Source: Candidatus Hydrogenedentota bacterium (GTDB lineage Bacteria; Hydrogenedentota; Hydrogenedentia; Hydrogenedentales; SLHB01). Taken from it: a stretch of DNA of 48,416 bases. Where the stretch lies: NCBI GenBank assembly GCA_045863335.1, contig BTVY01000051.1, positions 1 to 48,416 on the forward strand, in the 5' to 3' direction. A model generated the notes under the pieces. That model did no database searches. It was not told the origin of the DNA and was given only the letters and a program-made list of their open reading frames with translations. Shown in pieces: positions 20,788-30,213 of the stretch. Both the position numbers and the translations under genes were made by a program. Each line of letters begins with the position of its first letter. Positions within the stretch are counted from its first letter, which is position 1.

Positions 20788-20818
20788 TTGACGCCCTTCG
20801 CCTCTCCGCGCGTATAAT
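20788..20818 (+). promoter_or_regulatory. Possible sigma70 promoter for the DUF1080 operon
   Basis: TTGACG-N19-TATAAT (spacer is slightly long). Confidence 0.45.
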
Positions 20819-20876
20819 GAACGCGAAGGCAGACTTGGTTCCCGCAATCTCACACCGGCGAAAGGATACGACTACG

Positions 20877-21608
20877 ATGAAGCGGTTGCTGTTCGCGATG
20901 GTCACGTGTGCTCTGGTGGTTCACGCACAGGATGCGCCCGACAACGCCCTGACTGCGGACGAGAAAGAGGCGGGATGGGTTCTTCTGTTCAATGGCAAAG
21001 ATCTGACAGGCTGGATGGCGGAAGACGAAACCCCCAGTACCGCGAAAGTGGAAGAGGGAGCCATAAATCCCAGCACCGCTTCCAGCCCCCTCGTCGTATA
21101 CAAGGAGTACTACGGCGACTACATCCTGTCGCTCGATTTCAAAATCGGCGCCGGCTGCGACTCGGGCATACTCGTGCGTCTGTTTCCGCTCACCTCCGTC
21201 CGGGACAATCCTGTCTCCTGGAACGGCCTGGAAGTCGCCATCGCCGACTCGACCGGAACGGACTTTGCCGCCACCGGCGCCATCTACGACCTCGTAGCGC
21301 CCACGGCCAATGCGATGAAACCGTTGGGAGAATGGAACCGGATGGTTGTTACCTGCAACCGCAACCTGATCACCGTCGAACTCAACGGTCAGACGGTGTC
21401 GAACATGAATCTCGATGACTTCAAAGAACCTAACCGCCGCCCCGATGGTTCCGAACACGGGTACGATAAGTCCTGGTATACCCACAGCCGTCAGGGCTAC
21501 GTCGCGCTGCAAAACGGCGGCAGCCCGTGCTGGTTCAAGAACATCAAACTCATGCCGTTGAACGCCGATGCCCGCGGGCGCCGCGAATCGGACCGCATTA
21601 TCAAGTAA
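20877..21608 (+). CDS. Secreted DUF1080 (3-keto-disaccharide hydrolase-like) protein
   Basis: Signal peptide; LTADEKEAGWVLLFNGKDLTGW, GAIYD, GEWNRM and FKNIKL motifs. Confidence 0.9.
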   Translation: MKRLLFAMVTCALVVHAQDAPDNALTADEKEAGWVLLFNGKDLTGWMAEDETPSTAKVEEGAINPSTASSPLVVYKEYYGDYILSLDFKIGAGCDSGILVRLFPLTSVRDNPVSWNGLEVAIADSTGTDFAATGAIYDLVAPTANAMKPLGEWNRMVVTCNRNLITVELNGQTVSNMNLDDFKEPNRRPDGSEHGYDKSWYTHSRQGYVALQNGGSPCWFKNIKLMPLNADARGRRESDRIIK

Positions 21609-21612
21609 CCTC

Positions 21613-21912
21613 ATGGACGTTCAACGGCCACGCATCGTCATTCAATACTGCACGCAGTGCCGCTGGCTGCTGAGAGCCGCTTGGATGGCCCAGGAACTGC
21701 TCACCACGTTCGAGCGCGACATCGGCGAAGTCGCCCTCGTTCCCGGAACCGGAGGCGTCTTTGAGATAACCGCCGATGGCCGGTTAGTCTGGTCCCGGAA
21801 GGCGGAAGGCGGCTTCCCGGATATCAAGGAACTCAAACAACGGGTGCGTGACTGTGTCGCACCGGACAAGGACCTCGGGCACAGCGACCGGCACCCCGAC
21901 ACAGGCCCCTGA
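21613..21912 (+). CDS. Rdx family (SelT/SelW/SelH-like) protein
   Basis: IQYCTQCRWLLRAAWMAQELLTTF, PGTGGVFEI, GGFP and LGHSD motifs. Confidence 0.93.
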   Translation: MDVQRPRIVIQYCTQCRWLLRAAWMAQELLTTFERDIGEVALVPGTGGVFEITADGRLVWSRKAEGGFPDIKELKQRVRDCVAPDKDLGHSDRHPDTGP

Positions 21913-22670
21913 TGAGACTGCGCTTTCGCCGCACGGCACGCATGCCCACCCATCGTGAACCGCCGCAAGCCGCCCCCGTAGCGCCTTGGCGAAAGGCCGC
22001 TGCCTGGGGCGTTCACCTCCTTACCGCCGTTGGCGCTGTTGCCGGATTCTTCGCGCTCATCGCGATTGCTGACACGCGTTGGATGGACGCGTTCGCGTGG
22101 ATGGGATTGACCGTGCTCATCGACGGCGTCGATGGCCTCTTCGCGCGCTTGGTAGGGGTGCGCCGGATACTCCCCGGTTTCGATGGCGCGCTCCTCGACA
22201 ATATTGTCGACTACTTCACCTATGTTGTGATCCCCGCATTCTTCGTATATGAAGCGGATTTCGTCCCCGAATCCTGGCGCGTGCCGGTTGCCGCGGCCAT
22301 GCTCGTGAGTTCCGCCTATCAGTTCTGCCAGGTAGACGCCAAGACCGCCGACCATTTTTTCACCGGGTGGCCCTCCTATTGGAACGTCACCGTCTTCTAT
22401 CTTTTTGTATTCGACGTGAATCCGCTGCTGAATCTGGTTCTTCTGCTCACGTGCGCGATTCTCGTATTCGTCCCGGTCCGGTACTTGTACCCATCGCGCG
22501 CGGAACGTTTCAGGGTCACCTACGTCTTGCTCACTCTTGCATGGGCTGTTACATTGGTCGTCATGTGGATTCAGTATCCAGTGCTGCACATCTCCGTGAC
22601 GACTCTGTCCATTGCATACGTTGTCTTCTACTACGCGGTCAGCCTGCACGCGACCCTTCGGCAGGCGTAG
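21912..22670 (+). CDS. pcs: Phosphatidylcholine synthase-like CDP-alcohol phosphatidyltransferase
   Basis: VHLLTAVG, DGVDGLFAR, DGALLDNIVDYFTYV, FTGWPSYWN and YLYPSR motifs; start may instead be 21942. Confidence 0.8.
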   Translation: MRLRFRRTARMPTHREPPQAAPVAPWRKAAAWGVHLLTAVGAVAGFFALIAIADTRWMDAFAWMGLTVLIDGVDGLFARLVGVRRILPGFDGALLDNIVDYFTYVVIPAFFVYEADFVPESWRVPVAAAMLVSSAYQFCQVDAKTADHFFTGWPSYWNVTVFYLFVFDVNPLLNLVLLLTCAILVFVPVRYLYPSRAERFRVTYVLLTLAWAVTLVVMWIQYPVLHISVTTLSIAYVVFYYAVSLHATLRQA

Positions 22671-22708
22671 AGCGAGGGCGCGGTTCTCGCTTGGAAAGGA
22701 GCTGTCCC

Positions 22709-23068
22709 ATGAAATGGTGTATCGTCGTTGCTTACGCAGATGACAATGTCGACAAAGCAACCATCAGCCTTACACTCGCCAACGCCGCTTTGAGCGAGGG
22801 CGATTCCGTATCGGTCATCCTGATGAGTGAAGGCGTCCGTCTCGCCGTATCGGGTCACGCCGACACCCTGAACAACGGCGAACCCTTCAAGCCCGTTGCG
22901 GAACTGATATCTGGCGTCGCTGGAAACGGCGGGGAACTCTGCGTCTGCATGCCCTGCCTGAAGAATCGCGGCGTCTCGGAAGAGGATATCGATCCCCGCT
23001 TCACGCGAATTGGCGGAACCGACGTGCTGCGAATCCTGAGAGAAAGCGAGCGTGTCCTCCAGCTCTAA
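22709..23068 (+). CDS. DsrE family protein
   Basis: AAAGGAG RBS; VILMSEGVRLA and GGELCVCMPCLKNRG motifs. Confidence 0.85.
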   Translation: MKWCIVVAYADDNVDKATISLTLANAALSEGDSVSVILMSEGVRLAVSGHADTLNNGEPFKPVAELISGVAGNGGELCVCMPCLKNRGVSEEDIDPRFTRIGGTDVLRILRESERVLQL

Positions 23069-23103
23069 GGCCGGAACGGCTCCTCGTCGTCGACCTCAAC
23101 TCA

Positions 23104-23177
23104 GGGACGGTTACCATTTTCCTTCTCCGTGCCTGGCAATTCACGCGGCGATCAAGTAGGAAAATGGTGACCGTCCC
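23104..23177. repeat. REP-like inverted repeat pair between convergent genes
   Basis: GGGACGGTTACCATTTTCCT at 23104-23123 and AGGAAAATGGTGACCGTCCC at 23158-23177 (one mismatch). Confidence 0.8.
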
Positions 23178-23216
23178 CCTTTTATCAGAGAAAAGCAAGC
23201 GCGTCCGGGCCGCGTG

Positions 23217-23840
23217 CTACTGGAAGGGTTCCTCGTCGTCGACCGGCTTCGCAATCCCGATCTGAATCAAGTACTCCAACCCCGCCTCCGTATTCAGAAT
23301 GCCGTCGATGGAGTCGTTGATGGCCGTTTCCCACTTGGCCACGCTGCTATCGGGCTTCAACACGGCCACCGCGTCCTCAATCGCGTGCCGCACCGCGTTG
23401 GAAATCTCTTCGTGCGCGGTGTACTCCGCGTACCCGTTCAGTTCGTGTTGCATGCCCCACGTAAACGCGGGCGGCGCGGGTCCCGTCCAGAGCACCCCTT
23501 CGTCTTTCGCCCAGGGCTTCCAGTAACGTGCGCCGAAATCCACCAATTCGGTCGCGCCATCGCGGGCACATTCGATCCACACGTAATACCCGTGGATATC
23601 GATATTCTCGATGTGGGCCTGGATGCCGAACGGCGTGCCTCCACAGCGCACCTCGACCGAACCGGCCACGGGAACGTAGTTGTCGCCCGTCAAATGCTTC
23701 AGCAGAAAGCACCCGATCGTGTTGATGGGTCCGATGTGCGTGATGGATGGCTGCATGAACTTCAGCAACGCATTGTGAAGCGAATCTGCAATGATCTCAC
23801 GCACTTCCGGCGTGAGCGGATACCTCGGCATCAACGGCAA
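23217..23840 (-). CDS. Hypothetical protein
   Basis: Protein-like 207-aa ORF filling the gap; GAGAGGAG RBS upstream; no family recognised. Confidence 0.7.
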   Translation of the reverse strand: MPLMPRYPLTPEVREIIADSLHNALLKFMQPSITHIGPINTIGCFLLKHLTGDNYVPVAGSVEVRCGGTPFGIQAHIENIDIHGYYVWIECARDGATELVDFGARYWKPWAKDEGVLWTGPAPPAFTWGMQHELNGYAEYTAHEEISNAVRHAIEDAVAVLKPDSSVAKWETAINDSIDGILNTEAGLEYLIQIGIAKPVDDEEPFQ

Positions 23841-23985
23841 CTCCTCTCGTCTCCCACCTCGTTACGGTAACGTGAACCCATCGGACGATGCAACGTGCGC
23901 GTGGGAGAGGTGGAACTCGACCGATGTGCCTCGTATACTGATGCTCGGTCCCAAATACGCCATCGCGCGATCGGGGGAGGGAACG

Positions 23986-25401
23986 ATGTCAAACGATACC
24001 AGCCAGATCGGCCGGCGCGATTTCTTTCGTCGTACCGGAAGAAGCGCCGCCCTCGCGGGAGTTGGAGCCGCTGCGGCGCAGATCGCCTCGGCTCGCCGTG
24101 ACGCTATGCGCGCCGACGCGAACGCGCCCACCACCGGCCGGCTTCTGGACGTCAACGAGACCATCGGCATCGGCTTGATCGGTGTTGGCGGCATGGGTAG
24201 CGGGCATCTCGCCGACCTGTTGGAACGGGAAGCCAAGGGCGAGAACATCCAAGTGCGCGCCGTTTGCGACTGCTATACCCGCCGCAACAGAAACGCGCAG
24301 CAGCGCGTGCGCGACCGCAGCGGCCGCGCCATCGACGCCTACTTCAACTATCAGGAATTGCTGGCGCGAGACGACATTCATGCCGTCGTTATCGCCACGC
24401 CCGACCACTGGCACGCGCTCACCAGTATTCACGCCATGGAAGCGGGCAAAGACGTTTATTGCCAGAAGCCCGTCACGCTCACCATCGAAGAGTCGCTGGA
24501 CGTTCGCGACAAAGCCTACGAGACCGGCCGCATTTTTCAATGCGGGGCCCAACGCTGCTCCGACGACTTCTGGTGGCAGGCCCGCAAGTTCATCGAGTCC
24601 GGCGGCATCGGGAAGGTCGTGTGGGCACAAGGCGACTACAGCCGCAACTCCACGGGAGGACCCAACGATCGGGGCGGCGAGTGGAATTACCATATCGATG
24701 CCGACGCCAGCGACGATCCCGGCGCCGGCGACGCCTACATCGATTGGCAACAGTGGCTCGGCCCCGCGCCAAACCGCGATTTCTCCCGCGCCCGGTTCTT
24801 CCAGTTCCGGAAGTATTGGGACTACTCCGGCGGCATTGCAACGGACCTGATGTATCACTTCATCGCACCGCTGACCATCGCCTTGGGTGCGAGCGCGCCC
24901 GAACGGGTAAGCGCGGGAGGTGGAATTTTCGTGCAACACGATGACCGCGAAGTCCCCGACACGTTCATGGTCACTCTCGACTATCCCGAGGACTTTACTG
25001 TCGTGCTCACGTCTTCCATGGCGAACCGGCAGAGCAACCCGGTAATGATTCGCGGGCATCGGGCGACGATTCAACCTCACGACGACGGCATGCAGGTGAG
25101 TGCCGAGGACGAATTCAAGGAGTGGTTCAAGGAACGTTATGGGGATACTGAGATCATCGTACCCCTCGAGCCCCGCGAAGACCACATGACCAACTGGTTG
25201 AACGCGATACGGACGCGCGGGCCTGTGCACTGCGATCCCGAAACTGCGTATCGTGCCATGGCCGCAGTGAAGATGGGGTGTGATTCATGGCAGCAGGATA
25301 AAATGGTATTCTGGGACAACGCGAAGGAACGGTACGTGCGCGATCACCCGCGTCCCGATCGCTCGTCGCGCTGGCCTCAAGAGCCGGAGCCGGTCGAGTG
25401 A
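23986..25401 (+). CDS. TAT-exported Gfo/Idh/MocA oxidoreductase
   Basis: GRRDFF signal; IGVGGMG, IATPDHWH, KDVYCQKP and FRKYWDYSGG motifs. Confidence 0.92.
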   Translation: MSNDTSQIGRRDFFRRTGRSAALAGVGAAAAQIASARRDAMRADANAPTTGRLLDVNETIGIGLIGVGGMGSGHLADLLEREAKGENIQVRAVCDCYTRRNRNAQQRVRDRSGRAIDAYFNYQELLARDDIHAVVIATPDHWHALTSIHAMEAGKDVYCQKPVTLTIEESLDVRDKAYETGRIFQCGAQRCSDDFWWQARKFIESGGIGKVVWAQGDYSRNSTGGPNDRGGEWNYHIDADASDDPGAGDAYIDWQQWLGPAPNRDFSRARFFQFRKYWDYSGGIATDLMYHFIAPLTIALGASAPERVSAGGGIFVQHDDREVPDTFMVTLDYPEDFTVVLTSSMANRQSNPVMIRGHRATIQPHDDGMQVSAEDEFKEWFKERYGDTEIIVPLEPREDHMTNWLNAIRTRGPVHCDPETAYRAMAAVKMGCDSWQQDKMVFWDNAKERYVRDHPRPDRSSRWPQEPEPVE

Positions 25402-25450
25402 TCTGGTTCTTTCCGGGATCTGACCGTCTGCGGTGCAAAAGGAGAGAAGA

Positions 25451-26470
25451 ATGAAGGCGCGTTTTTCCATTCTCATCGTATTGGTCCTCGTCGCGGCCGC
25501 GTGTGGAGGGCCGGAACCCGCGTCCGAATCGCCCGGCGCCGCTCCCTTGTCAGACACCGCCGCCTCGCCCTCCGCGACGGAATCGGAACCGGAAGGCACG
25601 GTCCGCGTTGCATTCGTAACCAATAACACATCCGACTTCTGGACCATCGCCGAGGCCGGAACGAAGAAAGCCGCTTCGGAACTCGGCTGTGAAGTCTTGT
25701 TCCGGAAACCGTCCATGGGGACCGCGCAAGAACAACAGCAGATCATCGAGGACCTGATCGTGTCTGGTGTCTCGGGTATCGCGATCAGCCCCAACGATCC
25801 CCAAAACTGGACGGAGACTCTGAATCGATTCGCCGAACAGGTGAATCTTATTACCCAGGATTCCGACGCCCCTGAAAGCAACCGGGTCTGCTACATCGGC
25901 ACCAACAACTACGACGCCGGCGTGGCCGCGGGCGAACTGATCAAGAAGACGCTGCCCGAAGGCGGCGAGGTCATGATGTACGTCGGCCGGCTCGATGCCC
26001 AGAACGCCCAGGATCGTCAGCGAGGCATACAAGATACGCTCCAGGGGACGAACATCACGATCGTCGATACGATGACCGACGAAACGGATCGCGCCAAAGC
26101 CATGGCCAACGTCCAGGATACGCTCGTCACCCATCCCGAGGTGGACTGCCTGGTCGGCCTGTGGAGCTACAACGGTCCGGCCATCCTCAACGGCGTCCGC
26201 GACTCCGGCAAGCTCGGCGAAGTCAAGATTGTGTGCTTCGACGAAGAAGAGGAGACCCTTCTGGGCGTCGCCGAAGGCCACATCGAAGGCACCATCGTTC
26301 AGCAGCCGTTTGAATTCGGGTACCAATCCGTCCGCATGCTCGCGCAACTCGCGCGTGGCGACCGATCCGCCGTGCCAGAAAGTGGAACGCTCTACGTACC
26401 CGTCAAAACCATCACCCAGGAAACCGTCGACGATTTCCGGGCAACATTAAGCCAGCAGATCGGCCGCTAG
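25451..26470 (+). CDS. Sugar ABC transporter substrate-binding lipoprotein
   Basis: AAAC lipobox; FVTNNTSDFW, DSDAP, YIGTNNYDAG, GLWSYNGP and QQPFEFGY motifs. Confidence 0.92.
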   Translation: MKARFSILIVLVLVAAACGGPEPASESPGAAPLSDTAASPSATESEPEGTVRVAFVTNNTSDFWTIAEAGTKKAASELGCEVLFRKPSMGTAQEQQQIIEDLIVSGVSGIAISPNDPQNWTETLNRFAEQVNLITQDSDAPESNRVCYIGTNNYDAGVAAGELIKKTLPEGGEVMMYVGRLDAQNAQDRQRGIQDTLQGTNITIVDTMTDETDRAKAMANVQDTLVTHPEVDCLVGLWSYNGPAILNGVRDSGKLGEVKIVCFDEEEETLLGVAEGHIEGTIVQQPFEFGYQSVRMLAQLARGDRSAVPESGTLYVPVKTITQETVDDFRATLSQQIGR

Positions 26471-27438
26471 TGAGAAAAGTATTCGGACTACTCGGGCTCC
26501 TCACCGCCCTGGTCGTGCTCACTTCGCTTTGGGAGTGGCAGACCGGCGACGGCCGCATCAGTTTCCTCACCACCGCCAACCTGCGCAACCTCATGACCTG
26601 GGTGGGCTTGTTCGGCGTGCTGAGCCTCGGCCAAGCCATCGTGATCATCATCGGCGGAATCGATCTTTCCGTCGGCAGCGTCGCCGCGCTCATTGGTATC
26701 AGCGCCGCCATCATGATGAACCGAGGCGAAGGGATGCACCCGGCAATCGTCATTCCAATCTGTCTTCTGTTGGGCGCGGTCATCGGACTTTGGCACGGCT
26801 TCCTCGTCGCCAAGGTGCGCCTCCAACCCTTCGTCGTAACCCTCTGCGGATTGTTCTTTTTCCGAGGTATTGCGCGGCTCATCACCGGTGACCAAAGCCA
26901 GGGATTCGGGACGTCGTACAGCGGGCTTCGCTGGTTCGGCAATGGCTTCGTCTTCGACGTTATCCCCGCACCCTTTCTCGTGCTGACCGTCCTGGCGATT
27001 GTGATTGGAGCCTATCTGCATTTCTCGCCCCACGGCCGGCACCTCTTCGCCATCGGAGCCAACGAAGACGGCGCGCGCTTCAGCGGCATACGGACGGACC
27101 GGTTAAAGATCGCCGCATATGTGCTCTGCAGCCTCCTGACCGCGGTCGGCGGCCTCCTCCTGGCCTTCAAGATCAACTCACTAGGCCCCAGCGATTTCGG
27201 AAGTTTCTACGAACTCTACGCCATCGCTGGCGCCGTACTCGGTGGGTGCAGCCTGCGCGGCGGTTCCGGCAACGTCCTCGGCGTGCTCATCGGCGCCTCG
27301 TTGATCGTCCTGCTAAAAAACCTGGTAAATATTCTGGAGATTCCCAGCCAGTTGGAGTACGTTGTCATCGGCGGCGCGATTCTTATCGGTGTCAGCGTGG
27401 ACGAACTATTCTCACGACGTCGCGCCGCGCGGGCCTGA
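26470..27438 (+). CDS. Sugar ABC transporter permease (RbsC-like)
   Basis: GGIDLSVGS, LQPFVVTL, FAIGANE..ARFSG and YELYAIAGAVLGGCSLRGG motifs. Confidence 0.93.
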   Translation: MRKVFGLLGLLTALVVLTSLWEWQTGDGRISFLTTANLRNLMTWVGLFGVLSLGQAIVIIIGGIDLSVGSVAALIGISAAIMMNRGEGMHPAIVIPICLLLGAVIGLWHGFLVAKVRLQPFVVTLCGLFFFRGIARLITGDQSQGFGTSYSGLRWFGNGFVFDVIPAPFLVLTVLAIVIGAYLHFSPHGRHLFAIGANEDGARFSGIRTDRLKIAAYVLCSLLTAVGGLLLAFKINSLGPSDFGSFYELYAIAGAVLGGCSLRGGSGNVLGVLIGASLIVLLKNLVNILEIPSQLEYVVIGGAILIGVSVDELFSRRRAARA

Positions 27439-27467
27439 CCATTCGGGGACTACTGACGGACGCAACT

Positions 27468-29720
27468 ATGCTTTACGAATACTCCGGTTACCTCAAGACG
27501 ATCCTCTACGCTCCCGACGCAAACGACCGCGACCATCTCGAGTACATCGAGTTCGGCCCGGATCAAATCGTGCATTGGCAAACCCGCGATCTGGAATCCG
27601 ACCGCGAGTGGAAAAAGACGCCCGTGCATCGCGCGCGCACCGACGAAGGCGTCCGCCTTGTCGGCCGCTTTGAAGACGTGCGAAAGATGGACACCATCGC
27701 CGCCGACGATCCCAGTTTCTGGGTCCCCCTGGGGACCATCGGATGGACCGACCCCCGGTTGCCGGTCGATGTGAACCGCTACCCCATTGTCGAAATCACC
27801 TACCGGTGCACCAGCGACAACGCCATGCCAGTTTTCGTGTGGACGTATCCTGGCGGAACGCATATCGAGGCCCTCGCGCCCACGCGACAGTGGACTACCC
27901 TCGCCCATCTCGTACCCCACGGCGGCGTCCCCTCCGCCATCGACGCCATCATCTTCCGCTTGTACTCCACTACCCGCACGACGGAGTCCTGCGAAATTGC
28001 CGCGGTGCGCTTTCGCGCGATGAGTTCCACCGAGCTGGAGGCGTGCCAGCGCGAGCAAGCCCGGATGGCCAAGATCGGCCCGCCCAAGCACTACGCTATC
28101 CTGGATTCCTTTCTTCCCTTGGGTGTCAGCATGAGTGCCGACGCCGCCCGCCGAAACGCCGAGCTGCTCGGCGTCCCGCTCGGTGACTACTGGGACTTGG
28201 TCCTGGAGGACATCGTAACGCATCATCACAATAGCATTGCGCTTGAAAACGCCGAGCGACTCACCGTGGCGGAGTGGGAAGAACTTCTCGAACATTGCGA
28301 CGCCTTCGGGATCAAGGTTGCCGCCTCGCACAAGTTCAATCTCAGCGACGACCAGCAGGAGATCCGCGAGACCATCGATTCGCGAATCCGGCCCTATGCC
28401 GAATCCCCCAGCATCCTCGCATGGAGCATCAAAGAAGAACCGCCCGAACGCGACTTTCAGGACCTGATGAAAGTGAAAGCCTGGGTGGAAGAAGCCGATC
28501 CGAATCATCCTGTCACCGTGGTGACCCGCTACGCTAGCGGATTCCCCTTGTACGCGCCCCATTTCGCGGCCGCGGGCGTCAACCACTTTTGTTCTCATGC
28601 CCCTTGGGAGGTGGGGGACATGGTGCGCACCCACGTCTCCCTCGTGCGCGGCCAGCAATTCTGGATGCTCGGCCCGGCCTTCATCTATGCGACCGGCACG
28701 CCGGAGTGGAGCACCTGCCCCGAGATGCGCCTGATGGTCAACCTCGCCTTCGCCAACGGCGCCAAGGGCTGGTTCAGCTATTCCTACCATAACGACCCCA
28801 TATGGGTCACGGGGAGCTGCCAGCGCACGCTCACCGGGCCATTCCTCATGTTCAGCGATCTCTGGCTCGAATTGGACCGCCGCATGGAGTCCTACTCCGC
28901 CCTCGCGCCGCTCCTGCTCGCCTCGCGGCCCGCCAAGCTCCCCCCGGACTTGTTCGCGGCCCAAGCCACCTCCGACGATCTCACGATCCTGCCCGAAGGT
29001 GTGCCCCCTACGTCCTCGTTTCGTCTGCGCGGTCCCGACTTCAACCTCTTTCTTGTCGTCAGCAACGACGTGCGGGGCATGTCGAGCCTGAATATCCAGG
29101 TTGCTCCGGAGACCCTGAGCGGCAACCACATTTACGACCTGAGCGATTTCCTCCGCAAGCGGGTGTGGGCTCCCATGGATCTCCGGCGCCACCTCGAAAT
29201 GTTCCCCGGCCAGGCGCAGATCGTCATCGTGGCCAAGCCCGACGTCTGCGAACGCTGGCGCGACGTCATTGCGGAACGGCTCATCGAGGATGACAAGCGC
29301 CAGCTTGCCTTCAACCTCAAACTCGCACGCACGTACGGGCTCGATATCGCCAACATCGAAAGCATGCTCCACAGCGCCGGCTCTGGACCGATGATGGGAA
29401 ATCTGGCAGTTATGGATCGGGTTCGCGACGAACTGGTCAATCTCATGTACAGCGCCCCCGCTATCCGCGACACCCGTAGCAGCATCATCGAGGCCTGCGC
29501 GGCAATCTGCGCCTGCGACGGCGTCCTCTGCCGCCTAATCGCACGTGGAAAGGTCGATATGGCTAAAGAATGGGGCCAACGCGTCCTCCCCCTCGCCCGC
29601 GAAATCACCCACCTCCGCCTCGAACTCCGGCGCGGCAAGGGGTCCGAAATCCTGGACTACTGCAAAGACGTCGCCCATCGGACCCTCGCCCTCCTCCTGG
29701 AGCTACGCGCCCTGAATTGA
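27468..29720 (+). CDS. Large hypothetical protein, probable glycoside hydrolase-like fold
   Basis: Codon-typical 750-aa ORF; ILAWSIKEEP, EEADPNHP and EMRLMVNLAFANGAKGWFSYSY resemble GH TIM-barrel motifs; no signal peptide. Confidence 0.7.
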   Translation: MLYEYSGYLKTILYAPDANDRDHLEYIEFGPDQIVHWQTRDLESDREWKKTPVHRARTDEGVRLVGRFEDVRKMDTIAADDPSFWVPLGTIGWTDPRLPVDVNRYPIVEITYRCTSDNAMPVFVWTYPGGTHIEALAPTRQWTTLAHLVPHGGVPSAIDAIIFRLYSTTRTTESCEIAAVRFRAMSSTELEACQREQARMAKIGPPKHYAILDSFLPLGVSMSADAARRNAELLGVPLGDYWDLVLEDIVTHHHNSIALENAERLTVAEWEELLEHCDAFGIKVAASHKFNLSDDQQEIRETIDSRIRPYAESPSILAWSIKEEPPERDFQDLMKVKAWVEEADPNHPVTVVTRYASGFPLYAPHFAAAGVNHFCSHAPWEVGDMVRTHVSLVRGQQFWMLGPAFIYATGTPEWSTCPEMRLMVNLAFANGAKGWFSYSYHNDPIWVTGSCQRTLTGPFLMFSDLWLELDRRMESYSALAPLLLASRPAKLPPDLFAAQATSDDLTILPEGVPPTSSFRLRGPDFNLFLVVSNDVRGMSSLNIQVAPETLSGNHIYDLSDFLRKRVWAPMDLRRHLEMFPGQAQIVIVAKPDVCERWRDVIAERLIEDDKRQLAFNLKLARTYGLDIANIESMLHSAGSGPMMGNLAVMDRVRDELVNLMYSAPAIRDTRSSIIEACAAICACDGVLCRLIARGKVDMAKEWGQRVLPLAREITHLRLELRRGKGSEILDYCKDVAHRTLALLLELRALN

Positions 29721-29835
29721 TGCGACGAAAGTCCGCTTCCCGCGCCAGAGTCTTAGACATTTCTACGGCTTCCCGTTTGTTTCGCGTAATGAATTGTAAG
29801 TGCCCATCTCCAAACGCCCATTGCATCCATGAATC

Positions 29836-30213
29836 GGCCACAAAAGAATGCACAAGAGGCTTTCCAAAAGCCGGTGGGTATCGTCCTTCTGAGCGAAGCG
29901 AAGAATCTCTTCGGACCGAAAGCCCAAGCAAATTGAGCTTCTTCGCTTCGCTGCTAAGAACATGGTCCGCAAGCCATTTTTATCAATGGCACTGGTATCT
30001 CGGTATCGAGTGGGAAGCGAAAAGCGATTTCGATCCCGATCCCGATAGCGATATCGACGACAGGCGCTGGCGCTCGCGAATGTTCGCGCGCGTTTCGACC
30101 CGCCGCAGGCGCGGTCCGTCGCTCAGAATGACGGATCACACGCGTGGGTAGTTCTGGGGTAGGTTTTAGTAACTAGTTCTCCTTTTTTAAGTTCTGTGCG
30201 TTCTTTTGTGGCC
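29836..30213. repeat. Three-layer nested inverted-repeat element
   Basis: Outer GGCCACAAAAGAA(T/C)GCACA inverted repeat at 29836-29854 and 30195-30213; middle CGTC(C/A)TTCTGAGCGA inverted repeat at 29882-30133; inner hexamer cassette at about 29995-30056. Confidence 0.82.

Noticed and set aside
21613-21912. Possible selenoprotein (SelW-like)
   Set aside because: The motif is CTQC with TGC codons; no in-frame TGA.
27450-29372. 640-aa minus-strand ORF
   Set aside because: Antisense shadow; the plus-strand frame is protein-like and co-oriented with the operon.
29570-30151. Small ORFs over repeat regions (also 11062-11353, 14736-15077, 16266-16759)
   Set aside because: Translations of repeat DNA (IGIGIE, PPSKG); no RBS or family motif.
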